Of a stretch of DNA of 64,000 nucleotides, positions 44,440 through 57,152 are shown one piece after another. Both the position numbers and the translations under genes were made by a program. The notes under the pieces were generated by a model, which did not search any database, was not told the origin of the DNA, and was given only the letters and a program-made list of their open reading frames with translations. Where the stretch lies: the NCBI RefSeq assembly GCF_009914755.1, contig NC_060947.1; one strand, written 5' to 3'. The DNA is from the human T2T-CHM13v2.0 reference genome, Homo sapiens. Position 1 is the first letter of the stretch. The number at the start of each line of letters is the position of its first letter.

Positions 44440-44690
44440 ATAGCAGTGTTTCCAACAGTTTAAAGTTAAGACATATGTCCTAGAGCCAGATTTTCCAGCT
44501 TGAAATCCCAGCTCTGCCATTAGCTGGATGACATTGGGCTGGTTACCTAACCTTTCTGTGCCTCAGCTACCCATCTATAAAATGAGAATAATGACATACT
44601 GGCCTTATAGTGTCATTATAAGTACTGAATGAGTGCATATAGAGTGCTGTAAACAGTGCTTCGATGCTCAATATGTGTTACCTATTATTT
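44440..44690 (+). mobile_element. MIR SINE
   Basis: AATCCCAGCTCTGCCA...TTACCTAACCTTTCTGTGCCTCAG...CATCTATAAAATGAGAATAAT. Confidence 0.88.
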
Positions 44691-45204
44691 TATTGGTAGA
44701 GGCCACAGAAAAGAACAATTTGAGAGGTCCTAAAGTACTGGATCAATTATGTTTTCCTTTGTTGGAGGACAGGTGAGGGTAGGTTGAAGACAATGAAGAG
44801 GGGTAGATGGGTTAAGATGAGGCTTGGCTAGGTTGAGATAAAAAGTTGATCTGTTATGACTCTTAGATGGGAGAATGGCCTTAAGGTGCCAGTCACTGTC
44901 TAGGAAGAATGCTATGTTCTAGAATAGTTGCATCAGGGTTATTGACTTTGCTGTTGACCAAAGAATTATGAGACCTGAGATCTAGCATAGATTCTGACAC
45001 AGACTAACTGCACATTACATCATGAATGAGTGATTGCATTATACCTACAGTTTATTTAAACACATCAGTTAATAAATCAGAGTACATATTTTATTTTTTA
45101 CTAATGTCAACATCATGAAAAATATTCAATCTCCATCTAACGTACCATCTATCTAATTGAGAAAATGACAGGCTTATAGAATTTAGGCCAAATCCCAAGA
45201 TGAA

Positions 45205-48200
45205 TTTTTAAAATTTTTTAATTTTTAATTTTTGTGGGTACACACTAGGTGTGTGTACTTGTGGAGTACAGGAGATATTTTGATACAGGCATGCAAGGCA
45301 TAATAATCACATCATGGAAAATGGGGGTATCTATGCCCTCAAGAATTTATCCTTTGTGTTACAATCAATTCTACTTATTTTGTTATTTTAAAATGCACAA
45401 TTAAATTATTTTTGACTCTGGTAACCCTACTGTGCTATCAAGTACTAAGTATTATTTATTTATTTATTTTTTACTCATTAGCCATCCCCAATTCCCCCAA
45501 CCCCAAACTCCAACTACCCTTCCCAGCCTCTGGTAACCATCCTTCTACTCTCTGTCTGCATGTTTTCAATTGTCTTGATTTTTAGATCCCACAAATAAGT
45601 GCAAACATTCGATGTCTGTCTTTCTGTGCCTGGCTGCTTCACTTAACATAATGACCTCTAATCCCATCCATGTTGTAAATGACAGAATCTCATTCTTTTT
45701 TATGGCTGAATAGTACACCATTGTGTATGTGTACCATATTTTCTTTATTCATCCATTGATGGATGGACACTTAGATTGTTTCCAAATATTAGCTATTGTA
45801 AACAGTGCTGCAAAAAATATAGGAGTGCAGATATCAGTTCAATATACTGATATCCTTTATTTTGGGTATATACCCAGAAATAGGATTGCTAGATTGTATG
45901 GTAGCTCTATTATTAGTGTTTTGAGGAAGCTCCAAACTCTTCTCCATAGTGTTTGTACTAATTTACATTCCCACCAACAGTGTTCAAGGGTTCCCTTTTC
46001 TTCACATCATTGCTAGCATTTGTTATTGCCAGTCTTTTGGATATAAGCCATTTTAACTAGGGTGAGATTATATCTCATTGTAGCATTGATTTGCATTTCT
46101 CTGATGATTAATTATGTTGAGCACCGTTGTTTAAATTTTATTTCAAGTTCAGGGGTGCATGTGCAGGTTTGTTACATAGGTAAACTTGTGTCATGAGGGT
46201 TTGTCGTACAGATTATTTAATCACCCAGGCATTAAGCCTAGTACCCATTAGTTGTTTTTCCTGATCCTCTCCCTCCTCCCAACCTCCACCCTTTGAAAGG
46301 CCCCAGTGTGTGTTGTTCCCCTCTATGTGTCCATGTATTCTGATCATTTAGCTCTCCTTATAAGTGAGAACATGTGGTATTTGGTTTTCTGTTCCTGTGT
46401 TAGTTTGCTAAGGATAATAATGGCCTCCAGCTCCATCCATGTTGCTGCAAAGGACACGAGCTCATTCTTTTTTATGGCTGCATAGTATTACATGGTGTAT
46501 ATGTGCCACATTTTCTTTATCCAGTCTATCATTCATGGGCATTTAGGTTGATTTCGTGTCTTTGCTATTGTGAATAGTGTTGCTATGAACATACGTATAC
46601 ATGTCTCTTTATTATAGAATGATTCATATTCCTTCGAATGGTATTTCTGTCTTTAGGTCTTTGAGTAATCACGACATTGTCTTCCACAATGGTTGAACTA
46701 ATTTCACTCTCACAAACAACGTATAAGCATTCCTCTTTCTCTACAACCATGTCAGCATCTGTTAATTTTTGACTTTTTCATAATAGCCATTCTGACTGGT
46801 GTGAGATGGTATCTCATTGTGGTTTTGATTTGCATTTCTCTAATAATCAGCGATGTTGAGCTTTTTTTCATATGATTGTTGGCCACATTTATGTCTTCTT
46901 TTGAAAAGTGTCTGTTCATGTTTTTTGCCCCCTTTTTTATGTTTTTTTTTTCTTGTAAATTTGTTTAAGTTCCTTATTGATGCTGGATATTAGACCTTTG
47001 TTGGATACAGAGCTTGCAGAAATTTTCTCATATTCTGTAGGTTGTCTGTTTACTCTGTTGATAACTTTTGCTGTGCAGAAACTTATTAGCTTAGTTAGGT
47101 TTCATTTATCAATTTTTGCTTTTGTAGCAATTGCTTTTGGCATCTTCGTCATGAAATCTTTTCCTGTGCCTATGTCCTGAATGGTATTGTGTAGGTTGTC
47201 TTCCAGGGTTTTCATAGTTTTGGGTTTTACATTTAAGTTTTTAACCCATCTCGAGTTAATTTTTGTTTATGGTATAAAGAAGGGGTTCAGTTTTAATCTG
47301 CAGATGGCTAGCCAGTTATCCCAGCACCATTTATTGAATAGGAAATCTTTTACCCATTGCTTGATTTTGTCAGGTTTGTTGAAGTTCGGATAGTTGTAGG
47401 TGTTTAGTCTTATTTCTGGGTTCTCTATTCTGTTTCACTGGTCTATGTGACTGTTTTTGTACCAGTACCATGCTGTTTTGGTTACAGTAGCCCTGTACTA
47501 TAGCTTGAAGTTAAGTAGCATGATGCCTCCAGCTTTGTTCTGTTTGCTTATGATTGCCTTGGCTATTCAGGATATTTCTTGGTTCCATATGAAATTTTAA
47601 AGTAGTTTTATTATAGTTTTTTGAAGAATGTCATTGATAGTTTGATAGCAATAGCGTTGAATCTATAAATTGCTTTGGGCAGTATGGCCCTTTTAACGAT
47701 ATTGATACTTGTATCCATAAGCGTGGAATGTTTTTCCATTTGCTTATGATATCTCTGATTTCTTTGAACAGTGGTTTGTAGTTCTTGTAGAGATCTTTCA
47801 TGTCCCTAGTTAGTTGTATTTCTAGGTATTTTACTCTTTTTGTGGTAATTGTGAATGGGAGTTCATTCCTGATTTTGCCCTCAGCTTAACTATTGTTGGT
47901 GTATAGGAATGCTAGTGATTTTTGCACATTGGTTTTGTATTCTGAGACTTTGCTGAAGTGTTTTATCATTTGAAGAAGATTTTGGGCTGAGACTATGGGG
48001 TTTTCTAAATATAGGATTATGTCATCTGCAAACAAGAATACTTTGACTTCCTCTCTTCCTATTTGGATGCCCTTTATTTATTTCTCTGGCCTGATTGCCC
48101 TAGCCAGAACTTCCAACACTATGTTGAATAAGAGGGGTAAGAGAGGGCATCCTTATCTTGTGCTGGTTTTCAAGGGGAATGCTTCCAGCTTTTGCCCATT

Positions 48201-49260
48201 CAGTATGATGTTTGCTGTGGGTTTGTCATGTATGGCTCTTGTTATTTTGAGGTATGTTCCTTCAACGCCTAGTTTATTGAGGGTTTTTAATATGAATGGA
48301 TATTGAATTTTATTGAAAGCTTTTTCTCCATCTACTGAGATAGTCATGTGGGTTTAGTCTTTAGTTCTATTTATGTGATGAATCCCACTTATTAATTTGC
48401 ATATGTTGAACCAACCTTGTATTCCAAAGAAAAAGCCTACTTGATTGTGGTAGATTAGCTTTTTGATGGAGCATTTTTTTGTATCCCTGCTTGCCATTTG
48501 TATGTCTTCTTTTGAAAAATGCCTATTCAGTTCTTTTATCCATTTTTAATTGGATTATTAGATTTATTTCCTATAGAGCTGTTTGAGCTCCTAATATATT
48601 CTGGTTATTAATCCCCTGTCTGATGGGTAGTTTGCAAATATCTTCTTCCATTCTGTCAGTTGTCTCTTCACTTTGTTGATTGTATCCTTTGCTGTGCAGA
48701 TGCTTTTTACCTTGATGTGATCTGTTTTGTCAATTTTTGCTATGGTTGCCTGTGCTTGTGGGCTATTACCCAATAAATTTTTGCCCAGACCAATGTCCTG
48801 GAGAGTTTCCCCAATGTTTTCTTGTAATAGTTTCATAGTTTGAGGTCTTAAATTTAATTCTGTAATCCATTTTGATTTGAGTTTTTTATATGGCAAGAGA
48901 TGGGGGCAGGGTTCATTCTTATGCATATGGATATCCAGTTTTCCCAGCACAATTCATTGAAGAGACTATACTTTTTCCAATGTATGTTCTTGGCACTTTT
49001 GTAAAAAATGAGTTCACTGTAGATGTGTGGATTTGGTTCTGGGTTCTCTATTCTGTTCCGTTGGCCTATATGTCTGTTTTTATGCCAGCCTCATGTTGTT
49101 TTTGTTACTATAGCTGTATGGTATAATTTAAAATGAGGTAATGTGATTTCTCCAGTTTCATTCTTTTTGCTCAATAAAGCTTTGGCTATCCTGGGTCTTT
49201 TGTGGTTCTGTATACATTTCAGGATTGTTTTTCTATTTCTGTGAAAAACGTCATTTTTTT
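45205..49260 (-). mobile_element. L1MA (L1MA1-3-like) 3' portion, split by a younger L1 (parts 45205-46130 and 48469-49260)
   Basis: L1MA 3' UTR TTTTGATACAGGCATGCAA...ATCACATCATGGAAAATGGGG. ORF2 peptide on the minus strand at 48591-48950. Confidence 0.88.
46131..48468 (-). mobile_element. L1PA13-like, 5'-truncated
   Basis: 3' UTR GTTACATAGGTAAACTTGTGTCATG...ACAGATTATTT. Approximate TSD GAGCA(CC/TT)... ORF2 peptide [17 protein letters not shown]. Confidence 0.85.
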
Positions 49261-49289
49261 TGACTAATGAAGTTATTCTGTCTTAAAAT

Positions 49290-52050
49290 CTTTTTAAATT
49301 TTTAGTTTTTACTTTTATTGGATACATAGTAGGTGTATATATTTATGAGGTACATGAGATGTTTTGATACAGGCATGCAATGCATAAAAATTACATCATG
49401 AAAGATGGGGTATTCATCCCCTCAATCATTTATTCTCTGTGTTACAATCAATTGAATTCTACTCCTTTAATTATTTTAAAATGTGCAATTAAATTATTAT
49501 TGACTATAGTCACTCTGTTGTGCTATCAAATACTAGGCCTTGTTCATTTATTCTAACTATTTTTTGTACCTACTAATAATCTTCACCTCCCCCTCATCTC
49601 CCCTGCAATACCTTTCCCAGCCTTTGTAGACATCCTTCTATTCTCTTTCTTGATGGTTTCAATTTTTTTGATTTTTAGATCCCCCAAATACGTCAGAACA
49701 TGTGATGTTTGTCTTTCTGTGCCTGGCTTATTTCACTTAACGTAATGACACCTAGTTCCATCCATGTTGTTGCAAGTGATAGAATCTCATTCTTTTTTCT
49801 GGCTGAATAGTACTCCATTGTGTATAAGTACCACGTTTTCTTTATCCATTCATATGTTGATGCACATTTAGGTTGCTTCCAAATCTTAGCTATTGTGAAC
49901 AGTGCTGCAACAAGCATAAGAATGCAGATATCTCTTCAATATACTGAATTTCTTCATTTTAGGTGTATACCCACTGGTGGAATTGCTGGATTGTGTGGTA
50001 GCTCTATTTTTAGTTTTTTGAGGAACCTCCAAACTCTTCTCCATAATGGTTGGACTAATTTACATTCCAACCAACAATGTATGAGGGTTCCCTTTCCTCC
50101 ACATCCTCTCCAGCATTTGTTATTGCCTGACATTTGGATAAAAGCCATTTTAACTGGGGTAAGATGATATCTCATTGTAGTTTTGATTTGTATTTTTCTG
50201 ATGATCAGTGATGTTGAACACCTATTCATATGCCTGTTTGCAATTTGTATGTCTTCTTTTGAGAAATGTCTATTCAAATCTTTTGCCTACTTTTTAATCA
50301 GATTATTAGTTTTCTTTCCTATAGAGTTGTTTGAGATCTTTATATATTCTGGTTATTAAGCCTTTGTCAGATGAGTAGTTTGCAAATATTTTCTTCTGTT
50401 CTGTGGATTGCCTCTTCACTTTGTTGATTGCTTCCTTTGTTGTGCTAAAACTTTTTAACTTGATATGATCCCATTTGTCCATTTTTGCGTTGGTTGCCTG
50501 TGTTTGTGGGGTATTACTCAAGAAATTTTTGCCCAGACTGATGTCCTGGAGAGCTTCCCCAGTGTTTTTTGTAGTAGTTTTATATTTTGAGATCTTAGAT
50601 TTAATTCTTTATTTTGATTTGATTTTTGTATATGACAAGAGACAGGAGTCTAGTTTTATTCTGCTGCATATGGATATTAAGTATTTCCAGCACCATTTAT
50701 TGGCGCCTTTGTCGAAAATGAGTTCACTGTAGGTGAGCGGATTTGTTTCTGTGTTCTCTATTCCGTTCCATTGGTCTAAGTCTCTGTTTTTATGCCAGTA
50801 ACATGCTTTTTTGGTTACAATCACTCTGTAGTATAATTTGAAATCAAGTAATGTAATTCCTCCAGTTTTATTCTTCTTGTGTATGATAGCCTTGGCTATT
50901 CTGGGACTTTTGTGGTTTCATGTAAATTTCAGGATTGTTTTTTCTATTTCTGTGAAATTGGCATTTTCATAGGGATTGCATTGCATCTATAGATTGCTTT
51001 GGGTGGTATGGATATTTTAACAATATTAAATCTTGCAATCCATGAACATGGAATATCTTTCAAATTTTTGTGTGTTCTTCAATTTCTTTCATCAGTGTTT
51101 TATAGCTTTCATTGTAGAGATCTTTCGTTTCTTTGATTAAGTTAATTCCTAGGTATTTAATTTTATTTGTGGCTATTATAAAAGGGATAAATTTTACTTA
51201 TCTTAAAAAATTTACTTTACTTAAAAAATTTCTTTTTCATATTGCTAACTGTTGGCATATAGAAATGCTACTGATTTTTGTATGTTGATCTTGTATCCTG
51301 CAGCTTTACTGAATTTGTTTATCCGTTCTAAATGTTTTTTTCGGTAGAGTCTTTAGGTTCTCCAAATATAAAATCATATCATCTGCAAACAAGCATGATT
51401 TGGCTTCTTCCTTTCCAATTTGGAAGCCCTTTATTTCTTTCTCTTGTTTTATTGCTTTAGCTAGGACTTCTATTGCTATGTTGAATAACAGTGGTAAAAA
51501 TGGGCATTCTTTTTGCATTCCAGATATTAGAGGAAAGGCTTTCAGTTTTTCCCCATTCAGTATGATACCAACTGTCGGTCTTTAGTATATGGCTTTTATT
51601 ATGTTGAGATATGTCCCTCAACATCCTTGTGCACTGTTGTTTGGAATGTAAATTAGTCCAACCACTATGGAGAAGAGTTTGGAGGTTCCTCAAAAAAATA
51701 AAATAGAGCTACCATATAATCCAGCAATTCCACCACTGCGTATATACCTAAAAGAAAGTTTTGTGAGGGTCTTTATCATGAAGGGATGTTGAATTTTATC
51801 AAATGCTTTTTCAGCATTGATTGAAATGAACATATGGTTGCTACCCTTCATTCTCTTTATATGATTTATCACATTGATTGATTTGCATGTGTTAAACCAC
51901 CCTTGCATCCCTGGGATAAATTCCACTTGGTTATGATGAATAATCTTTTTAATGTATTGTTGAATTCAGTTTACTACTGTTTTGTTGAGGGTTTTTGCAT
52001 CAATATTCACCAGAGATATTGGCCTGTAGTTTTCTTTTATTTTAATGTGC
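49290..52050 (-). mobile_element. Second L1MA-like element (3' UTR through the RT region)
   Basis: Same 3' UTR type as the copy at 45205. ORF2 peptides include [13 protein letters not shown] and GMQGWFN. Confidence 0.88.
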
Positions 52051-52069
52051 CTGTGTCCAAGACAATTCT

Positions 52070-52524
52070 TATGCCAGGATCAGTGCCAGTGCTCTGCCCA
52101 TGTCTACTCAGGATTCATCTCTATAAGTTGGAAGTATGATTATTTTCTTTATTGTCAAGGAAGGAGACTCAGCCTGCTGGCAGGGCAAGCCAGAAGGGGT
52201 ACAGAGTGAAAACCCTTGGAAACTGCCCCCAAACAATGACAAATTGGGAGTCAGTGGATATATACTGCACCTTCTTGTCCCTCGGTTGGCATAACTCTGA
52301 AGAGTATTCTACACTGTTTCCCAAAGTTTTCCAGATGGAGCGAGCTGCAATTGCACACAGTGGTAACTTGTTTGATACTTCAAACTTTATTGACTTTCTT
52401 CCCTTTGCTGTCTCAGATGCCCACTTTCCCATGAATGCTTACTGGGATCACTTTCCACAAAACTAATTGCCCTGGAATTCTCATTTCAGGGTCTGCTTTG
52501 GTGAGCAGAACTCATATCAAGATA
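52070..52524 (+). mobile_element. LTR16A-like ERVL solo LTR
   Basis: GCAGGGCAAGCCAGAAG...ATAACTCTGA...TTCTACACTG...CACAGTGGTAACTTG...CTGGGATCAC...CAGGGTCTGCTT. Confidence 0.82.
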
Positions 52525-52754
52525 AAAGAATAACTTGTGCTGGAAAATGCTTAGAAACTATTTAACTGATATATGAAAATAAAATATCCATTTCTCTCCC
52601 CAAACTCTTTATCTTCCTGTAAAATACAACTGGAGCAGAGCTCTCTCTACATATTGTTTTTTTCATTGTTCTTTTCCCCTGTTTCTTGCTCTCTCATTCC
52701 TCAATAGCAAATAAGGCAAGACTTGCAAGATTCCAGGCAGCTAAGCAGAGTTTC

Positions 52755-52838
52755 CTGGGTGACAGCCTTCTAGTTTTTCATGTCTACTTCCATTTTCTGG
52801 GTGACAGGCTTCTAGTTTTTCATGTCTACTTCCATTTT
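52755..52838. repeat. 42-bp tandem duplication (2 copies, 1 mismatch)
   Basis: CTGGGTGACAG(C/G)CTTCTAGTTTTTCATGTCTACTTCCATTTT x2. Confidence 0.95.
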
Positions 52839-54149
52839 CCTTGTGGAAGATGCAGAAAAGTTCATTATGTCACTTGGGTCAAATATTATTATGCACAAGC
52901 CCACCTTTATGCTTAAGTGCATTTGAGGCTCTCCTAGACAAGAACACTGAGATCCAGATATATTTTGGTGAGCAGGTACTTTGTCACCATTACACTTACA
53001 GTTTTCCCTCAAACACTTAGCTGATTCTGGCACAAAACTCACCTTGGAATTTGGCCTAAATTTCATAAGATTTATTGCTTCTTCAAATTGACCCACAAGT
53101 TAAGTGAGGGTTATTTTCGATACTAGGTTATTTAGGTAATAAAATGAAGCATTTTGTAATGATGTAGGCATTAGTAATTATTTACATATGTAATCCAAAT
53201 ACACACAGTCTTGCTCTTCCCAGCTCACATGATAGAAGCACAGTCCTTAAATCTTGGGCTCCCTTGGCAAGATATTTTTTCTGTCATAAGACATAGACAT
53301 TGAAAACACAGCATAACATTCATATTTTTCACTTTTGTTCCATTCATTTTCAAAGAATCAATTCTAAATGTATTCCAGTGCATGAAGAAAGGGGGATTAA
53401 CAATGATTCCATTGTGCAGCTTCACTAATCTTGTGAAGTTTTCAGCTGTTTAGAAGCTGTAGCAATTTACCCTATATTAATAGAGTCAGGGGGTTCAGCT
53501 GTGTCAGTGTATCAAGGGGTGTTATGTTTCTCCTAAGGCGGTCATATGGAAGAAAGGGAGTACAGATCTATTTTATCTTGGGCTCATAGGTCTGAGAAGA
53601 AAATAACTTGACCAAATTTGGCTTTCTTTTTATTAGGCTTGTGACTTGCTACCTTTCATATTCCCTGGTATGTTCCAGTAGATTTCATTGATTAAAGTCA
53701 GGAATTCTCAGTGCTGGGAAGGGCTTTGGATGAGAAAGTGCCTCATGTCCTTCTGAGAAGACAGTATGTGGAAACTCAGAGATTTCACTAGTTATTTATA
53801 TAGGTTTTGTGAGCATCTAGAACTCTGCATTTATGAGTCAACTCCCACTCCTTTAATTTACCCAGTCTGGAAGGATTAAAGAAAGGAAAACCATTGCTCC
53901 CTTTTCTTCACTTTACTTCAAAGCTGAAGATAAATGATCAATCAAATTTTTTTAGTTAATCAGTAACTTCTACTTATTTCTAATTCTACAGTGTACTTGT
54001 TTCAGTGTGGAATGTTGAAAAAAAGAAAAATTAGTTGATGTTTTGTAGAAGTCTGAGAATGCTTTTGAAAACAAATTGAAAAAGCAATCTTTTAACAATG
54101 AAGGAAAAAATATTACTGGAAAATACAAAAAAATTGCAGAATTTCAGTA

Positions 54150-54330
54150 ACTTAGCATTGAAAGTAAACCTAGAAGTCACCCAACTCAATGTCTTAGCCC
54201 ACGCAGGAATCTTCTCTTAGCATTCCGTTTGTGTACTTTCAGTGATGGCACCTTTACCACCTCCTCAAAGTAGCCCACTCCATTTCTGGATAGCTGTAAC
54301 AGGGAATTCTTCCTTATATTGAGTCATTTT
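54150..54330 (-). mobile_element. L3/CR1 3' end fragment
   Basis: TTACCACCTCCTCAAAGTAGCCCACTCCATTTCTGGATAGCTGTAAC...TTCTTCCTTATATTGAG resembles the antisense L3 3' region. Confidence 0.65.
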
Positions 54331-54479
54331 CACATTAATGCACATGAAAATGATAGAAAAACAATCAAGTAAGCCATTTGCTAACATAAGATTCCAAGGC
54401 ACTGTCTTTATGATGAGCAACTCGTGTTAAACCAATTTAATTTCCTTTTGTGACAGAACTGCAGGTCTTGAATAAAGAG

Positions 54480-55260
54480 GAGAGCAATCAATGTAGGATA
54501 CATCTGGACTTCACTACAGTTTTGTGGATCTGCAAGGCATTTCCATTGGTGATCCAAGGAGATCAGGCCTGGACTGTACCATTACATGAGTTGTACTCCA
54601 AGGGCACTAAACAATGCTTTGGGAGAAACCTGGGACAACATGTTCCAGAGATCACATAGTTTTGTCCCAGAGCTTTTCATTTTTTTTCCTACAAGGTCTA
54701 GAATGAGAAAAATGTATACATTCCTACTAAATTTGTGGATGACACCACATTGGGAAATGGAGCTGGAGGGTGGGGAAATTAAAAGCTGAAAATTTCTTGT
54801 GAGACAAGAGCAGAATCCAAGGTGACCCTGACCAATTAGAAAAATGATCTGTCAAAAAAAGCTGACATTTGATGTTCAACAGGGACAGTGCTGGGCAATC
54901 CATATGCTCCCCAAATCCAAACCACATGAATACCTGCTGAGGAATGGCTGGTGAAACCATCACTCTGAGTCACACCTTGAGTAAATGGAAACAATACAGA
55001 ACCATTGTTTAAAAGGCTGGCATAGGCCTGGGTTTTGTGAACAGGGCGCTATTAATGTACAAAAGCCAGGACATAATTCTTCTCCTCTATATTCTGCATC
55101 AATGTAGACTTTATTACTCAGGCATTCAGCATGTTGGTCTGCATATAAAATATGGAAGTAGAAAAACTGGAGAAATTATCAAGGTAAAAGGAGTAAAAAG
55201 CAGTCTTCCTGGAGAATATGTGAAAAAAGCTGAAATGACTACATTCATTAGAAGATTCAG
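54480..55260 (+). mobile_element. L3/CR1 reverse-transcriptase fossil
   Basis: Broken peptides IHLDFTTV (cf. IYLDFSKAF), KFVDDTTLG at 54729-55 (cf. KFADDTKLG) and RIQGDPDQLEK* at 54812-47 (cf. IQ.DLDRLE.W), in the correct order. Confidence 0.75.
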
Positions 55261-57152
55261 TGTGGACTCCTTACTTGCCTTCCTTTCATCTGATTTCTCC
55301 ACATCCGCCTAATTATAATAAATCTTTTCCACATTGCTTGTGAAGTTCTATCTAAAGCTGTTGTTGTCCAGTCCTGTTCATCAAGATATTCCATATTTGG
55401 CTTAAACTGCTTCTTAAGTTTGGTCACATGCCATGTAGATAAGCCAGATTGGCAGCAAACATTTAGTGCTAAGTGACATGCTTTGGCCATAACGCTATCA
55501 TAGCAATCATCACATTGATAACTAATCTATCCTGGCATACATACATACATGAGGTACCTTATCACTATATGTTGTATGAAGGAATGGGAGAAGGGATTTA
55601 CCTAATTGGTTATTATTTTTTTTTAATCTGGACTTCTTTCTGTCAAAGTGAAGTTAATATAAGAATGTTGTGAGGAAGTGTACAATTAATTATGAGCCAA
55701 AAGTTGCCCAAGACATTGGGAGGAATCTCTGGAAGGGCACTTAGAATGAAGTAAGGGAAATGTAAGTCAATGGCAGCATTATTGGTGTCTCTAAGCAGTG
55801 ACATGCTAATATGATGTAAAATGGTTATTTGTTTTTGTAATAACTCTCTTTAGTTAACCTGTCTAAATGTGTCTAAAGCATCTTGCATGGTACCTGGTAC
55901 ACACTAGACACCAGATACATACTAGTTATCATTCTGTGAATTTTTGAATATTTCTTAATTTAAGCCAATTATACCTGTATTGATTTCCCTGACTTAGCAC
56001 TGGCATTTCATGCTGTGCTTTTAACTCTCTGAAAACATACTGTAAGAGCTTACTCAACTCTTCTCCAAAGAGAAGAATTTAATGACTATCCAGTTAAGCC
56101 ATTCTTGCACTGCTATAAAGAAATAGCTGAGGGATCATTCCAAGATGGCCAAATAGGAACAGCTCTGGTCTGTAGCTCCCAGCGGGATCAACGCAGAAGA
56201 CGGGTGATCTCTGCATTTCCAACTGAGGTACCTGGTTCATCTCACTGGGACTGGTTGGAGAGTGGGTGCAGCCCACAGAGGGTGAGCTGAAGCAGGGCGG
56301 GGCATTGCCTAACCCGGGAAGCACAAGGGGTCAGGGGATTTCCTTTTCCTAGCCAAGAGAAGCTGTGAAAGATGGTTCCTGGAAAATTGGGACACTCCTG
56401 CCCTAATACTGCACTTTTCCAATGGTCTTAGCAAATGGCACACCAGGAGATTATATCCCATGCCTGGCTCAGTGGGTCCCATGCCCACAGAGCCTTGCTC
56501 ATTGCTAACGCAGCAGTCTGATACTGAACTGCTAAGCAGCAGCCTGGGCTGGGGGAGGGGCATCTGTCATTGCTAAGGTTTGAGTAGGTAAACAAAGTGG
56601 CCGGGAAGCTCGAACTGCAGGGATCCCACCACAGCTCAATGAGGCCAGCCTGCCTCTGTAGGCTTCACCTCTTGGGGCAGGGCATAGCTGAACAAAAGGC
56701 AGCAGAAACTTCTGCAGATTTTAACGTCCCTGTCTGACAGCTCTGAAGGAGCAGTGGTTCTCCCAGCATGGAGTTTGAGCTCTGAGAACGGACAGACTGC
56801 CTCCTCAAGTGGGTCCCTGACCCCTGTGTAGCCTAACTGGGAGACACCTCCCAGTAGGGGCCAACTGACATCTCATACAGCCGGGTGCCCCTCTGGGATG
56901 AAGCTTCCAGTGGAAGGATCAGGTGGCAATATTTGCTGTTCTGCAACCTCCCCTGGTGATACCCAGGCAAACGGGGTCTGGAGTGGACCTCCAGCAAACT
57001 CCAACAGACCTGCAGCTGAGGGTTCTGGCTGTTAGAAGGAAAACTATCAAACAGAAAGGAATAGCATCAACATCAACAAAAAGGACATCCACACCAAAAC
57101 CCCATCTGTAGGTCACCATCATCAAAGACCAAAGGTAGATAAAACCACAAAG

